A stretch of DNA of 64,000 bases from Candidatus Omnitrophota bacterium. GTDB lineage: Bacteria; Omnitrophota; Omnitrophia; Omnitrophales; Aquincolibacteriaceae. Made by a program: the position numbers and the translations under genes. Location of the stretch: NCBI GenBank assembly GCA_016930235.1, contig JAFGHI010000042.1, positions 2,550-66,549 on the forward strand, in the 5' to 3' direction. Below the pieces are notes generated by a model. It was not told the DNA's origin. It saw nothing but the letters and a program-made list of their open reading frames with translations, and did no database searches. This document shows, piece after piece, positions 9,571-19,139 of this stretch; within the stretch, counting starts at the first letter, position 1, and every line of letters begins with the position of its first letter.

Positions 9571-11013
9571 ATGAGTGATGAAAATCTGAAAAGAATTGTT
9601 ATTGAACCTGTTACGAGAGTTGAAGGGCACGGCAAAGTTTCGCTGTTGTTGGATGAGCAAAACTGCGTCAAACAGGCCCGTCTTCATATTGTTGAGTTCC
9701 GGGGTTTTGAACGCTTTATTCAAGGCCGTCCTTATTGGGAAATTCCGGTAACGGTCTCCCGCCTTTGCGGGATTTGTCCTGTGAGTCATCATCTAGCAGC
9801 AGCCAAGGCGATGGACCGCATTGTGGGCGGTGAAAAATTGACTCCTACCGCAGAAAAAGTCCGCCGGTTGATGCATTATGGGCAGATGTTTCAGTCTCAT
9901 GCGCTGCATTTCTTCCATCTTTGCTCACCGGATCTCCTCTTTGGTTTCGATGCAGACCCGGCCATCCGTAATGTTATCGGAGTTGCCGAGAGATTTCCGG
10001 AACTGGCCGTTCAAGCCGTCATGATGAGAAAATACGGGCAGGAGGCCATCCGTATCACGGCCGGGAAGAAAATTCATGGGACAGGTGCTATCCCCGGGGG
10101 CGTTAATAAAAACGTTTCCATTGAGGAAAGAGATTTTCTTTTAAAAGACCTGGATCAGATGATCAAATGGTCGCGTAGTGCTGTTCAGATTGCTAAAGAT
10201 TACACGGTTAAACATTTAAATGAGATCAAAGACTTTGGTTCGTTTGAGTCCAATCACTTGGGGTTTGTACGTGAGGACGGTGCCATGGACCTTTACCATG
10301 GCAATCTTCGGGCCTTGGATGCCGAGGGGAATGTCATTTTTGATCAGGTGGATTATCAGAATTATCTCGACTACATTGCCGAAGAAGTGAAACCGTGGTC
10401 GTACATGAAATTTCCTTTCATCAAATCAATCGGCCCGGAAAAAGGATGGTATCGCGTCGGTCCGCTTGCCCGGGTCAATATCTGCGATTTTATTGATACG
10501 CCGGAAGCGGAAAAGGAACGTAAGGAATTCAAGGCCCTTACGAAGGGCAAGCCCAATAATATTACGATGGCTTACCATTGGACTCGGATGATCGAAGTCT
10601 TGCATTCGATTGAGAAGATCAAAGAACTTCTGCATGACCGTGATTTGCAGGGAACGGATCTCGTTGTGAAGGGTAAGCGACGCGATGAGACGGTTGGCTT
10701 GATTGAGGCCCCGCGCGGGACTCTCTTTCATCATTACCGTGTCAATAAGGATGATCAGATCGAGATGGCTAATCTTATCGTTTCGACGACCAATAATAAT
10801 GAGCCGATGAATGCCGCGGTCAGAAAAGTTGCCCAAGACCACCTGAGCGGAAAACCGGAGATCACGGAAGGATTGCTGAATCACATTGAAGTGGCAATCC
10901 GGGCGTATGACCCTTGTCTTTCCTGTGCGACTCATGCCTTGGGGCAGATGCCGCTTGAAGTCAGTTTGTACGATCATGCAGGAAATCTTGTTGATCGGAA
11001 AGTTAAGTCTTGA
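9571..11013 (+). CDS. hoxH: [NiFe] hydrogenase large subunit HoxH (group 3d-like)
   Basis: N-terminal Ni-binding RLCGICPVSHH (RxCGxCxxxH) and C-terminal DPCLSCATHALG (DPCxxCxxH). The latter is followed by a short extension, consistent with cleavage by HoxW. Confidence 0.9.
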   Translation: MSDENLKRIVIEPVTRVEGHGKVSLLLDEQNCVKQARLHIVEFRGFERFIQGRPYWEIPVTVSRLCGICPVSHHLAAAKAMDRIVGGEKLTPTAEKVRRLMHYGQMFQSHALHFFHLCSPDLLFGFDADPAIRNVIGVAERFPELAVQAVMMRKYGQEAIRITAGKKIHGTGAIPGGVNKNVSIEERDFLLKDLDQMIKWSRSAVQIAKDYTVKHLNEIKDFGSFESNHLGFVREDGAMDLYHGNLRALDAEGNVIFDQVDYQNYLDYIAEEVKPWSYMKFPFIKSIGPEKGWYRVGPLARVNICDFIDTPEAEKERKEFKALTKGKPNNITMAYHWTRMIEVLHSIEKIKELLHDRDLQGTDLVVKGKRRDETVGLIEAPRGTLFHHYRVNKDDQIEMANLIVSTTNNNEPMNAAVRKVAQDHLSGKPEITEGLLNHIEVAIRAYDPCLSCATHALGQMPLEVSLYDHAGNLVDRKVKS

Positions 11014-11480
11014 ATGGAATCCCCAACAAAATTCTTTTGATTGGGTATGGCAATCCCGGACGGTTGGATGACGGGCTTGGTCCTGCGATCGCGGATGCCG
11101 TTGAAAAAATGGATTTGCCGGACGTTACAGTCGATTCTAATTATCAATTGACTGTGGAAGATGCCGCCAATCTGGCGACGCACGATGTCGTTATTTTTGC
11201 CGATGCGTCGGTGAAGGGGAAAGAACCGTTCTTTTTTAAAAAGATAGAACCCAAACCCGGCATGAATTTTAGTACGCATAGTATCGAGCCGGAAGGCGTT
11301 TTGGGATACGCCCATCAGCTGTTTGGGGCGAAAACGGTCGGATATACGTTAGGGATTCGGGGGTACCGTTTTAATGAGTTTGGTGAGGAGATTTCAGAGA
11401 AAGCGCTTAAAAATATGAAGCAGGCCCTGAAATTTCTCGAAGACGCAATCAAGGCAAAAGATTTTGTCGAGATCGAATAA
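11010..11480 (+). CDS. hoxW: Hydrogenase maturation endopeptidase (HoxW/HycI family)
   Basis: GYGNPGRLDDGLGPAIAD is characteristic of hydrogenase C-terminal maturation proteases. It overlaps the hoxH stop. Confidence 0.8.
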   Translation: MNGIPNKILLIGYGNPGRLDDGLGPAIADAVEKMDLPDVTVDSNYQLTVEDAANLATHDVVIFADASVKGKEPFFFKKIEPKPGMNFSTHSIEPEGVLGYAHQLFGAKTVGYTLGIRGYRFNEFGEEISEKALKNMKQALKFLEDAIKAKDFVEIE

Positions 11481-11518
11481 GATAATTTAAGAAGAGCATC
11501 GTTCAGAAGGAGTCAGAG

Positions 11519-11893
11519 ATGAAAGACGGCAAATATGTCATATTGACGATTGATGATGATCGGGAATTTCTTCAAACAGTCCGAATCGTTTTAGAAGCAA
11601 AAGGTTATGTCATTGAAGAGGCTCAAAGTGCTGAAGAAGGTTTAAAACGTTATAAAACAGTCCAGCCGGATCTTATCCTTGTGGATCTCATGATGGAAGA
11701 AGTTGACGCCGGTGCCAATTTTGTTAAGGAACTAAAATTGATGGGAAATAAGGCCCCGATTTATCTCCTCAGCGGGGCAGGTGACAGTATGTCATCGAGT
11801 ACCGATTACACGCAGCTAGGCTTTAGCGGTGTATTCCAAAAACCTATCAGTCCCGATAGACTTTTGGGAGTTATAAAGGCAAAACTTACATAA
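11519..11893 (+). CDS. Stand-alone response regulator receiver domain
   Basis: ILTIDDDREF...DLILVDLMMEE...YLLSGAG: a REC fold with no output domain. Confidence 0.75.
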   Translation: MKDGKYVILTIDDDREFLQTVRIVLEAKGYVIEEAQSAEEGLKRYKTVQPDLILVDLMMEEVDAGANFVKELKLMGNKAPIYLLSGAGDSMSSSTDYTQLGFSGVFQKPISPDRLLGVIKAKLT

Positions 11894-11989
11894 CCTAATT
11901 AGAATGAACAAGTTAGATTATAATAATTAGGTCCCTACCAGGATTATAAACAAGCCTATATATAGAAGAGAAATATTGCGGAGATATAA

Positions 11990-12069
11990 TGTGAATATAT
12001 TCACATATACTATTGATATATTCACAATAAATGCTATTATATTTATAGATAATGTGAAAGGAATCACAA
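11990..12069 (+). promoter_or_regulatory. Rex operator cluster upstream of rex paralog 2
   Basis: TGTGAATATATTCACA at 11990-12005 matches the Rex box core TGTGAA-n4-TTCACA. TTGATATATTCACAA at 12013-12027 is half-site-like, and TGTGAAAGGAATCACA lies at 12054-12069. A TTGATA-17-ATTATA promoter-like pair is embedded. Confidence 0.5.
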
Positions 12070-12070
12070 T

Positions 12071-12712
12071 ATGAAAAAGGCCAATAAAATCTTAGTGACG
12101 CGGCTTTACCGGTACCGGGATGCGATTTACCGCATGAAATATATGGGGCTTGTGAAGGTCTTTTCGGAAAACATTGCAGATGCCGTTGGCGTGACTTCTT
12201 CCCAAGTTCGGAAAGATTTTTCACTTTTTAAATTAAGTGGGAATAAGCGTGGCGGATACGTTATTGATGATTTGCTGAAAAAGATGAATGAGAGCCTTGG
12301 GAAAAACAGGACTCAGGATGTGATTATTGTGGGTTGCGGGCATATCGGAACGGCACTGAAGCTTTACAAGGGATTTGAGAAAAAGGGGATCAGGATTGTT
12401 GCCGGTTTTGACATCGATGAATCCAAAGTGACAAGAGACGCTAAGGTCCCGATCTTGCCATTTCAGGAGCTGAGTCAATTTATCAAGACGAAGAAAATAA
12501 AAATAGGTATTCTCGCTGTTCCCGAAACGGCCGCTCAACAAGTCTTAGATCAAATGGTTCAGGCGGGGATCGAAGGGATTTTGAATTTTGCGCCTATGCG
12601 GTTAAGCCATCAAGAGAATGTTGTTGTGAATAATGTGAATTTGGGTTTGGAGCTCGAGACGATCATATATTTCGTGGGCGAAATAGAAAAGAAGCAATAC
12701 GAGGAAAAGTGA
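12071..12712 (+). CDS. rex: Redox-sensing transcriptional repressor Rex (paralog 2)
   Basis: FSENIADAVGVTSSQVRKDFSLFKLSGNKRGGYVI winged helix, then a Rossmann domain IIVGCGHIGTAL. Confidence 0.8.
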   Translation: MKKANKILVTRLYRYRDAIYRMKYMGLVKVFSENIADAVGVTSSQVRKDFSLFKLSGNKRGGYVIDDLLKKMNESLGKNRTQDVIIVGCGHIGTALKLYKGFEKKGIRIVAGFDIDESKVTRDAKVPILPFQELSQFIKTKKIKIGILAVPETAAQQVLDQMVQAGIEGILNFAPMRLSHQENVVVNNVNLGLELETIIYFVGEIEKKQYEEK

Positions 12713-14553
12713 TGAAATTGAGTTCGAGGATCCTTATTTCATTTATGGCAACGATTGGTTTCTTGGGCGGCGCGACAGCTTTTTTCAGTTATCACCTGGT
12801 TGAGAAATATGTTGTCCAAAGAACCCAAGATCAAGTGATCGCGGATTTGAGGACGGTCGATGCTATGATCAAAAACCCGTTAGAAAGAATGGAAACGATG
12901 TTTCTCATGGTGCGGCCGGATGAAGACCTGGATCAATTCAAAAAAATGGCGGGTTTAGATTATCTCTATCTTGTGAAGGCTGAAGAACTCCCCCGGGTGA
13001 GGAGCGGAATAGTGAATAGAGTTATGCGGACAAAAACACAAACCGGAGGATACCGTCTGGTTGAAAAAGACGAGTTAATTGATTTCGGAAGTAAATATCA
13101 AGAACAGGCCTTGATTCCGGTTCGCATGACACCGAAAGCCACGAAGTCGGAAAAGACGGTTTTAGACAGTGCTATGAGCATGGAATATGCGAAGCCTTTT
13201 TTCAATGATTCGGGAGAAGTGGAATCCGTTTTATATGGTGGGAAAATCATGAATCGTTATTTCCAGTTTATTGATGATATCGTGGGTGCTGTTTTTGAAA
13301 ATAAACTTTATGATAATAAGCCTTTAGGGACGCTTACGATATTCTTGGACGATGTGCGTATTGCGACCAATGTTCTGGATGACCGCGGCCAGAGGGCTAT
13401 TGGGACAAGAGTTTCCAAAGAGGTTTATGAGCGCGTCGTGGTTCAAGGGGGGAGTTGGTTTGACCGCGCGTTTGTTGTGACGGACTGGTATTTAACGGCT
13501 TACGAGCCCATTCGGGATATAGACGGCCAGATCATCGGCATTTTGTATGTCGGTATTCTGGAGAAGCCCTTCAAGGATTTACAGGCACGCACCTTCTTTG
13601 CGTTTGCGATGATGATCCTTGCGGCTTCTGTGATGGCTATCTTCATTTCGTGGTTTCTCTCCCGGTCTTTGGCCAAACCGATGACCGAAATGGTCAAGAC
13701 GATTCGAAAGATCGAGAACGGAGAATTGGAGAGTCAAGTTGAGGTCAAGACAAGTTTGAAAGAAATCAATGAATTGACCCGTTCGTTCAATGAAATGGCG
13801 GGAAAGTTGGCGGAAAGGGAAAGGAGTTTGGCCGTCTCGAATGAAAAGCTTACGTCTTTAAATAAACGGTATCTTGACATGATTGGTTTTGTTTCGCATG
13901 AACTGTCAGGGATTTTGAATACGGCCGTCTTCAGTGTTTATTCACTGTCGCAGGAGATGTTAGGGGAAATTAATCTTAAGCAAAAACAAGTCCTGGACAC
14001 TCTGGCAAAGAGTTTGGACTATTTATCAACGATGGTCAGAAATTTCTTGAGTTTAAGCCGCGTAGAAAAGGGCGAATTAGCGCTCCAGAAAACCCCGGTC
14101 TATCTCAATGAAAATATTGTCGAGGAATCGCTTGCGGCGTTTAAAGCGCGTGTTTCTGAGCGGGGCATGAAAATCGTCAATCAGATTCCGGCTCAATTGC
14201 AAGTGCTTGCGGATCCGGACATGATCAAAATTGTTGTCAATAATCTCGTAACGAATGCCATCAAGTACGGGGTCGAAAAGGGTTCGATCATCATGAGTGC
14301 AAGGGTCCAGGAGGAGAGGGTCGAGGTGGAATTTTATAATGACGGTGAGCCCATCACCGATGATGAGCGCGAGAAATTATTCAAAAGGTTTTCGCGGTTG
14401 CAGAATGTCCAAGGCAAGGGCAAAGGAACGGGCTTGGGGCTTTTCATCACAAAAGAAATTATTGAAGCTCATCGGGGCCGGATATGGCTTGAAACCAAAC
14501 CATTTGGGAATGCCTTTGTTTTTACCTTGGAAAAAGGAAAGATGAATTCATGA
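12709..14553 (+). CDS. Sensor histidine kinase (N-terminal TM plus a large periplasmic sensor domain, HAMP, HisKA, HATPase_c)
   Basis: H-box FVSHELSGILN, N-box NLVTNAIKYG, G-boxes GTGLGLFI; two TM segments flank a roughly 270-aa extracytoplasmic domain. Confidence 0.8.
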   Translation: MMKLSSRILISFMATIGFLGGATAFFSYHLVEKYVVQRTQDQVIADLRTVDAMIKNPLERMETMFLMVRPDEDLDQFKKMAGLDYLYLVKAEELPRVRSGIVNRVMRTKTQTGGYRLVEKDELIDFGSKYQEQALIPVRMTPKATKSEKTVLDSAMSMEYAKPFFNDSGEVESVLYGGKIMNRYFQFIDDIVGAVFENKLYDNKPLGTLTIFLDDVRIATNVLDDRGQRAIGTRVSKEVYERVVVQGGSWFDRAFVVTDWYLTAYEPIRDIDGQIIGILYVGILEKPFKDLQARTFFAFAMMILAASVMAIFISWFLSRSLAKPMTEMVKTIRKIENGELESQVEVKTSLKEINELTRSFNEMAGKLAERERSLAVSNEKLTSLNKRYLDMIGFVSHELSGILNTAVFSVYSLSQEMLGEINLKQKQVLDTLAKSLDYLSTMVRNFLSLSRVEKGELALQKTPVYLNENIVEESLAAFKARVSERGMKIVNQIPAQLQVLADPDMIKIVVNNLVTNAIKYGVEKGSIIMSARVQEERVEVEFYNDGEPITDDEREKLFKRFSRLQNVQGKGKGTGLGLFITKEIIEAHRGRIWLETKPFGNAFVFTLEKGKMNS

Positions 14554-14583
14554 GTTAATATTGGATTTGAACGGAAAGGGGTT

Positions 14584-15099
14584 TTGTGGATGGAAACGGC
14601 AGAATTGAAGGAGACGGTCCAAAATATTGTCAATGAATGGAAGGATCGGGAGGGGAATTTAATCATGATTCTTCATCAGATCCAAAACCGATATGGGTAT
14701 GTCCCGCGGGAAGTTTCCCTTCAGCTTTCAGAACTTCTGGATATCCCGCTGGCGCGGATTTATGAAGTGCTCACGTTTTATCACTATTTCAAAATTGTGA
14801 AACCGGGAAAACACCGAGTGTCGGTCTGTATGGGGACGGCTTGTTATCTCAACGGTGCTCCCGGGCTCCTTAACGAGTTGGAACATTTACTTGGGGTTAG
14901 CGCCGGAGAAACGACCCAAGACGGTTTATTTCAAGTCGAGGTTGTGAGGTGTTTGGGGTGCTGCGGTCTAGCGCCCGTGATGACTGTTGACGGCAAGATT
15001 TTTAGCAGCGTCCAAAAAGATGATATCGCTAAAATATTATCCGATTACTCACATAAAGAACCCATTTTTTCGAGCGGTGATACGGGGAGTCAGGCATGA
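14584..15099 (+). CDS. hndA: [FeFe] hydrogenase NuoE-like [2Fe-2S] subunit (HndA/HydC)
   Basis: Thioredoxin-like ferredoxin Cys motifs CMGTACYLNG and VVRCLGCCGLAPV. Confidence 0.8.
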   Translation: MWMETAELKETVQNIVNEWKDREGNLIMILHQIQNRYGYVPREVSLQLSELLDIPLARIYEVLTFYHYFKIVKPGKHRVSVCMGTACYLNGAPGLLNELEHLLGVSAGETTQDGLFQVEVVRCLGCCGLAPVMTVDGKIFSSVQKDDIAKILSDYSHKEPIFSSGDTGSQA

Positions 15100-15452
15100 A
15101 AAAACTGAGCGTTGACGATTTGAGTGCGATGAGAAAGGAATTGAAGAAAAAGAAGGGCAGTTGGATACGTGTCGGCTGCAGCACGTGCGGCATTGCCGCA
15201 GGCGCCAAAGAAGTTTTCGATACTCTGAAAGAAGAAATTCAAAAGCGTGATTTGAAGAGTCTCGAGGTCAAACAATGCGGCTGTATTGGGATGTGCTATG
15301 CGGAGCCCTTGGTTGAAGTCATGATCGAAGGGATGCCTAAGGTCTTTTACGGCAAGGTCGACAAAGATGTGGCTTTAAAAATTGTTGAGAAACATGTTTG
15401 CGGGAAGATGTTGCTGAACGATCGTATTTATGATGCCAAGAGGAGCCGGTAG
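15096..15452 (+). CDS. hndB: Small thioredoxin-like [2Fe-2S] ferredoxin subunit (HndB-like)
   Basis: CSTCG...CGCIGMC Cys pattern in a 118-aa protein, placed between hndA and hndC as in Hnd-type NADP-reducing hydrogenases. Confidence 0.6.
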   Translation: MKKLSVDDLSAMRKELKKKKGSWIRVGCSTCGIAAGAKEVFDTLKEEIQKRDLKSLEVKQCGCIGMCYAEPLVEVMIEGMPKVFYGKVDKDVALKIVEKHVCGKMLLNDRIYDAKRSR

Positions 15453-15471
15453 AAAGGCCGGAAAGGGAATT

Positions 15472-17214
15472 ATGGAAAAGCGGGTTTTTATTAAAGATAC
15501 AAATCATGTCGGGAAAAAAGAGAGAACACGGGACTTCTACACGGCTTTTTTAGCGCAGTTAAGGGAAAGAAAGCTGGAAAATGACGTTCAGTTGATCCGT
15601 GTCGCGGACATCGGAGCGTACAACCAGGGTTTTGTGGTGCACATTTATCCCGATGATTTTCTTTACAGCAATGTTGAGATGCAAGATATCCCGAGAATGA
15701 TCGAGGAAAGTATCCTCGGAGGAAAGAAAATCGATGATCTTGTTTGTCATCACATTTCCAAGCAATTTCGTATTGTCTTACGGAACTGCGGCGTAATTGA
15801 TCCTAGAAATATTGATGAGTACATTGTCCATGACGGTTATCAGGCGATCGAGAAGATATTGTCAGGCTATACACCGGAGAAAGTGTTAGAGGAGTTGAAG
15901 ACAAGCGGTTTGCGCGGACGCGGCGGTGCGGGATATCCCACTTGGCTCAAATGGCAGTTTACCCGGAATGTTCCATCGGATCAGAAATATGTGATCTGTA
16001 ACGGGGATGAAGGAGATCCCGGGGCTTATATGGACCGAAGCGTTCTCGAAGGTGATCCCCATTCGGTGATCGAAGGGATGATGATCGCAGGCTATGTGAT
16101 CGGTGCCACGAAAGGGTATTTTTATATCCGGGCGGAATATCCTCTTGCAATCGAACGGGTCAAGAATGCCATCAGCCAGGCGTACCAATATGGACTTCTC
16201 GGAGAAAATATTTTGGGGACTGATTTTCGTTTTGATCTAGAGATCCGTTTGGGGGCGGGGGCCTTTGTTTGCGGTGAGGAAACCGCTTTGATCGCTTCCA
16301 TTGAGGGCAAGCGGGGTTATCCCAGGCCAAGACCTCCTTATCCTTCAGTCAAGGGGTTATGGGATAAACCAACCGTCATCAATAATGTGGAAACGCTGGC
16401 CAATATCCCGGTTGTCATTTTGCAGGGTGGTGCCTGGTTCTCGAATATCGGAACGGGTGCTTCAAAAGGGACCAAGGTGTTTGCTTTAACCGGAAAGGTC
16501 AAGAATTCGGGCCTGGTGGAAGTTCCGATGGGAACAACCTTAAGGGAGATTGTTTACGACATCGGTGGAGGATCAGCGAGTCAGGCGAAGGTCAAAGCCA
16601 TTCAAACGGGGGGACCTTCTGGAGGAGTGATCCCTGAGGATTTTCTGGATACGCCGGTGAGTTATGAGAGTCTTCAAAAATTAGGGTCCATTATGGGTTC
16701 AGGCGGGATGATTGTGATGGACGCAAACGATTGCATGGTGGATATCGCGAAATTTTATCTTCGGTTTTGCGTCGATGAGTCATGCGGAAAATGTACGCCT
16801 TGCCGGGTGGGAGGCACCCAAATGCTGAATTTGCTTGAACGTGCCTCCGAAGGGACGGGGAAGAGGGAGGATATCGAAAAACTGAAAAAAATATCGCTGG
16901 CGATGCAGAGAGCATCCTTATGCGGTCTGGGTCAAACCGCGCCGAATCCTGTTCTTTCAACGTTACGGTATTTTGAAGATGAATACCTCGCGCATATCGA
17001 GGAGAAAAAGTGTCCCGCATGCCGTTGCGGAGCGCTCTTCCGTTATTCAATTATTCAAGAGAAATGCAAGAACTGCGGATTATGCGCCAAGAATTGTCCG
17101 GCGGGGGCTATTTTGGGAGACCGGGAAAGCGGTTATACCCTTGATCAGGAAAAATGCACTCGCTGCGGACGTTGTTTTGAAGTTTGCCGTTTGGGGGCAA
17201 TTTTCCGAGGATAA
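15472..17214 (+). CDS. hndC: [FeFe] hydrogenase NAD(P)H-binding flavoprotein subunit (HndC/HydB, NuoF-like with C-terminal 2x[4Fe-4S] ferredoxin)
   Basis: GRGGAGYPTWLKWQF and ESCGKCTPCR...CGLGQ (NuoF). The C-terminal CPACRCG...CKNCGLCAKNCP...CTRCGRCFEVC is a two-cluster ferredoxin. Start chosen at ATG 15472, which has an AGGGA ribosome-binding site upstream. Upstream in-frame ATGs at 15430 and 15433 are possible. Confidence 0.85.
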   Translation: MEKRVFIKDTNHVGKKERTRDFYTAFLAQLRERKLENDVQLIRVADIGAYNQGFVVHIYPDDFLYSNVEMQDIPRMIEESILGGKKIDDLVCHHISKQFRIVLRNCGVIDPRNIDEYIVHDGYQAIEKILSGYTPEKVLEELKTSGLRGRGGAGYPTWLKWQFTRNVPSDQKYVICNGDEGDPGAYMDRSVLEGDPHSVIEGMMIAGYVIGATKGYFYIRAEYPLAIERVKNAISQAYQYGLLGENILGTDFRFDLEIRLGAGAFVCGEETALIASIEGKRGYPRPRPPYPSVKGLWDKPTVINNVETLANIPVVILQGGAWFSNIGTGASKGTKVFALTGKVKNSGLVEVPMGTTLREIVYDIGGGSASQAKVKAIQTGGPSGGVIPEDFLDTPVSYESLQKLGSIMGSGGMIVMDANDCMVDIAKFYLRFCVDESCGKCTPCRVGGTQMLNLLERASEGTGKREDIEKLKKISLAMQRASLCGLGQTAPNPVLSTLRYFEDEYLAHIEEKKCPACRCGALFRYSIIQEKCKNCGLCAKNCPAGAILGDRESGYTLDQEKCTRCGRCFEVCRLGAIFRG

Positions 17215-17260
17215 TGGGTCATTGAGATAAATAGAATAGGCATAAAAAGGAGTCCATACG

Positions 17261-19006
17261 ATGGTGAATGCGGTCATTAACGGGATGGCAGTGGAGGTCG
17301 AGAAAGGAACGACGATCCTTGATGCAGCCAAAAAAGTGCAGGTTAAAATTCCGACGCTTTGCAAGCATCCGGATCTGACGGCTTCGGCCGCTTGTGGTCT
17401 TTGTATCGTGCGGTTGACGGGGTCCAACAAAATGCTCCGTGCCTGCTCGACACCCCTTGAAGAGGGGATGGATATCGTCACTCATGATCCTGAAATTATT
17501 GATGTCCGCAGGACCATCGTCGAACTCATTTTGTCCAATCATCCGAATGATTGCCTGAAATGCGGCCGCAATGGCGATTGTGAATTGCAGACGTTAGTTG
17601 CCGAGTTTGGAATCCGCGAAGAAAGGTTCGAGAAAATTTTAAAGGACATCCCCAAGGATGATTCTACGGGAACGATGGTTTTGGAACCGCAGAAGTGTAT
17701 TAAGTGCGGCCGCTGCGTCGAAGTTTGCCAGGATATGCAGGATGTCTGGGCGCTCTCCTTTCTGGAGAGGGGATTTCACACAAGGATTTCACCGGCCGGG
17801 GATATTAAATTGGCCGATTCACCCTGTGTACGGTGCGGGCAATGTGCCGCGCACTGTCCGACGGGGGCCATCTTTGAAAAGGATGATGTCGAGAAGGTAT
17901 GGAAAGCGATCCAGGATCCGGAGAAATACTGTGTTGTTCAAATCGCACCAGCGGTCAGGGTGGCGATCGGAGAGGCTTTTGGTTTTAAACCCGGTACGAA
18001 TTTAACGCGCAAGCTCTATGCGTTACTCAAGAGGATAGGATTTAAGGCGGTTTTCGATACGAATTTCGGGGCGGATGTCACCATTATGGAAGAAGGCTCC
18101 GAGTTTGTTCAGCGGTTTGTCCATAAAAAGGGAAAGCTGCCGCTGATTACGACATGCTGCCCTTCGTGGGTCGATTTTATGGAAAAGTTCCACGGGGACA
18201 TGATCGACTATTTTTCGTCCTGCAAGTCGCCCCATGAAATCCTGGGAGTGTTGTCAAAAACTTATTATGCGCAGGAGAAAAAAATTGATCCGGCAAAAAT
18301 GGTTGTCGTTTCGATCATGCCGTGCACCTCGAAAAAATATGAGATTACGAGAACCAACGAAATGTTTGCTTCAGGGTATCAGGATGTCGACATTGTCCTC
18401 ACGACCCGGGAACTTGCGCGAATGGTTAAGCAGTCGGGCCTGGATTTTGCAGATCTTCCTGAAGAGGATCCTGACCATATGCTGGGGGATTACACGGGGG
18501 CCGGTGTTATCTTTGGTGCGACAGGCGGTGTGATGGAAGCGGCTTTGAGGACGGCTTATTTTATGGTGACTGAAGAAAAGCTCCCCAAGGTCCAGTTTAC
18601 AAGTGTCCGTGGGTTAAAGGGAATTAAGGAAACCGTGATCAGGATCGGAGAATCAGATATCCGGATTGCCGTGGCCCATGGTTTGGCCAATGTGGAATAC
18701 GTCCTCCAACGTGTCCGGGAGGCAATCCAAAGGAACGAAGAACCTCCTTATCACTTCATTGAGGTGATGGCTTGCTTAGGGGGGTGTGTCGGCGGGGGCG
18801 GACAGCCTTATGGTGTAACCGATGAACTCAGGAAGCTGAGGGCGCAAGGGCTTTATCATGACGATGAAAATCAAGAGATCCGTTGTTCTCATGACAATCC
18901 TTATGTCCAGAAACTGTATCACGAATTTTTAGGGAAACCTTTGGGAAAGAGGTCGCATGAGCTTCTGCATACGGAGTATCACCCGCGGCCTATTTACAGG
19001 AAATAA
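17261..19006 (+). CDS. hydA: [FeFe] hydrogenase catalytic subunit (HydA/HndD)
   Basis: H-cluster motifs TSCCPSW (L1), MPCTSKKYE (L2) and EVMACLGGCVGGGGQP (L3). Also an N-terminal 2Fe-2S ferredoxin domain and accessory 4Fe-4S motifs. Confidence 0.9.
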   Translation: MVNAVINGMAVEVEKGTTILDAAKKVQVKIPTLCKHPDLTASAACGLCIVRLTGSNKMLRACSTPLEEGMDIVTHDPEIIDVRRTIVELILSNHPNDCLKCGRNGDCELQTLVAEFGIREERFEKILKDIPKDDSTGTMVLEPQKCIKCGRCVEVCQDMQDVWALSFLERGFHTRISPAGDIKLADSPCVRCGQCAAHCPTGAIFEKDDVEKVWKAIQDPEKYCVVQIAPAVRVAIGEAFGFKPGTNLTRKLYALLKRIGFKAVFDTNFGADVTIMEEGSEFVQRFVHKKGKLPLITTCCPSWVDFMEKFHGDMIDYFSSCKSPHEILGVLSKTYYAQEKKIDPAKMVVVSIMPCTSKKYEITRTNEMFASGYQDVDIVLTTRELARMVKQSGLDFADLPEEDPDHMLGDYTGAGVIFGATGGVMEAALRTAYFMVTEEKLPKVQFTSVRGLKGIKETVIRIGESDIRIAVAHGLANVEYVLQRVREAIQRNEEPPYHFIEVMACLGGCVGGGGQPYGVTDELRKLRAQGLYHDDENQEIRCSHDNPYVQKLYHEFLGKPLGKRSHELLHTEYHPRPIYRK

Positions 19007-19094
19007 TCACTGCTCTTTTGTAAGTCATAGGAATGAACCTGCGGATGAGGGAACATCCTGAGGCCAAGGGAAAATGAGCTCAATCAAATCGAAG

Positions 19095-19128
19095 CAGCTC
19101 CGGAAACCTTGGGGCTGTTTTTTGTTTT
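19095..19128 (+). terminator. Putative rho-independent terminator after hydA
   Basis: Stem cagctcc/ggggctg (7 bp, one G-U pair) with a 9-nt loop, followed by the tract tttttgtttt. Confidence 0.35.
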
Positions 19129-19139
19129 AGGAGGGGAAA

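Noticed and set aside
10426-10977. 183-aa minus-strand ORF inside hoxH, and similar antisense ORFs inside hydG (20917-21765), the acyl-CoA dehydrogenase gene (50904-51512), pheA (56180-56893), kef (40041-40512) and PFOR (28603-29145)
   Set aside because: These lie wholly within well-supported plus-strand genes with strong family signatures. They have no ribosome-binding site or recognisable domains and are typical shadow ORFs of GC-moderate coding sequence.
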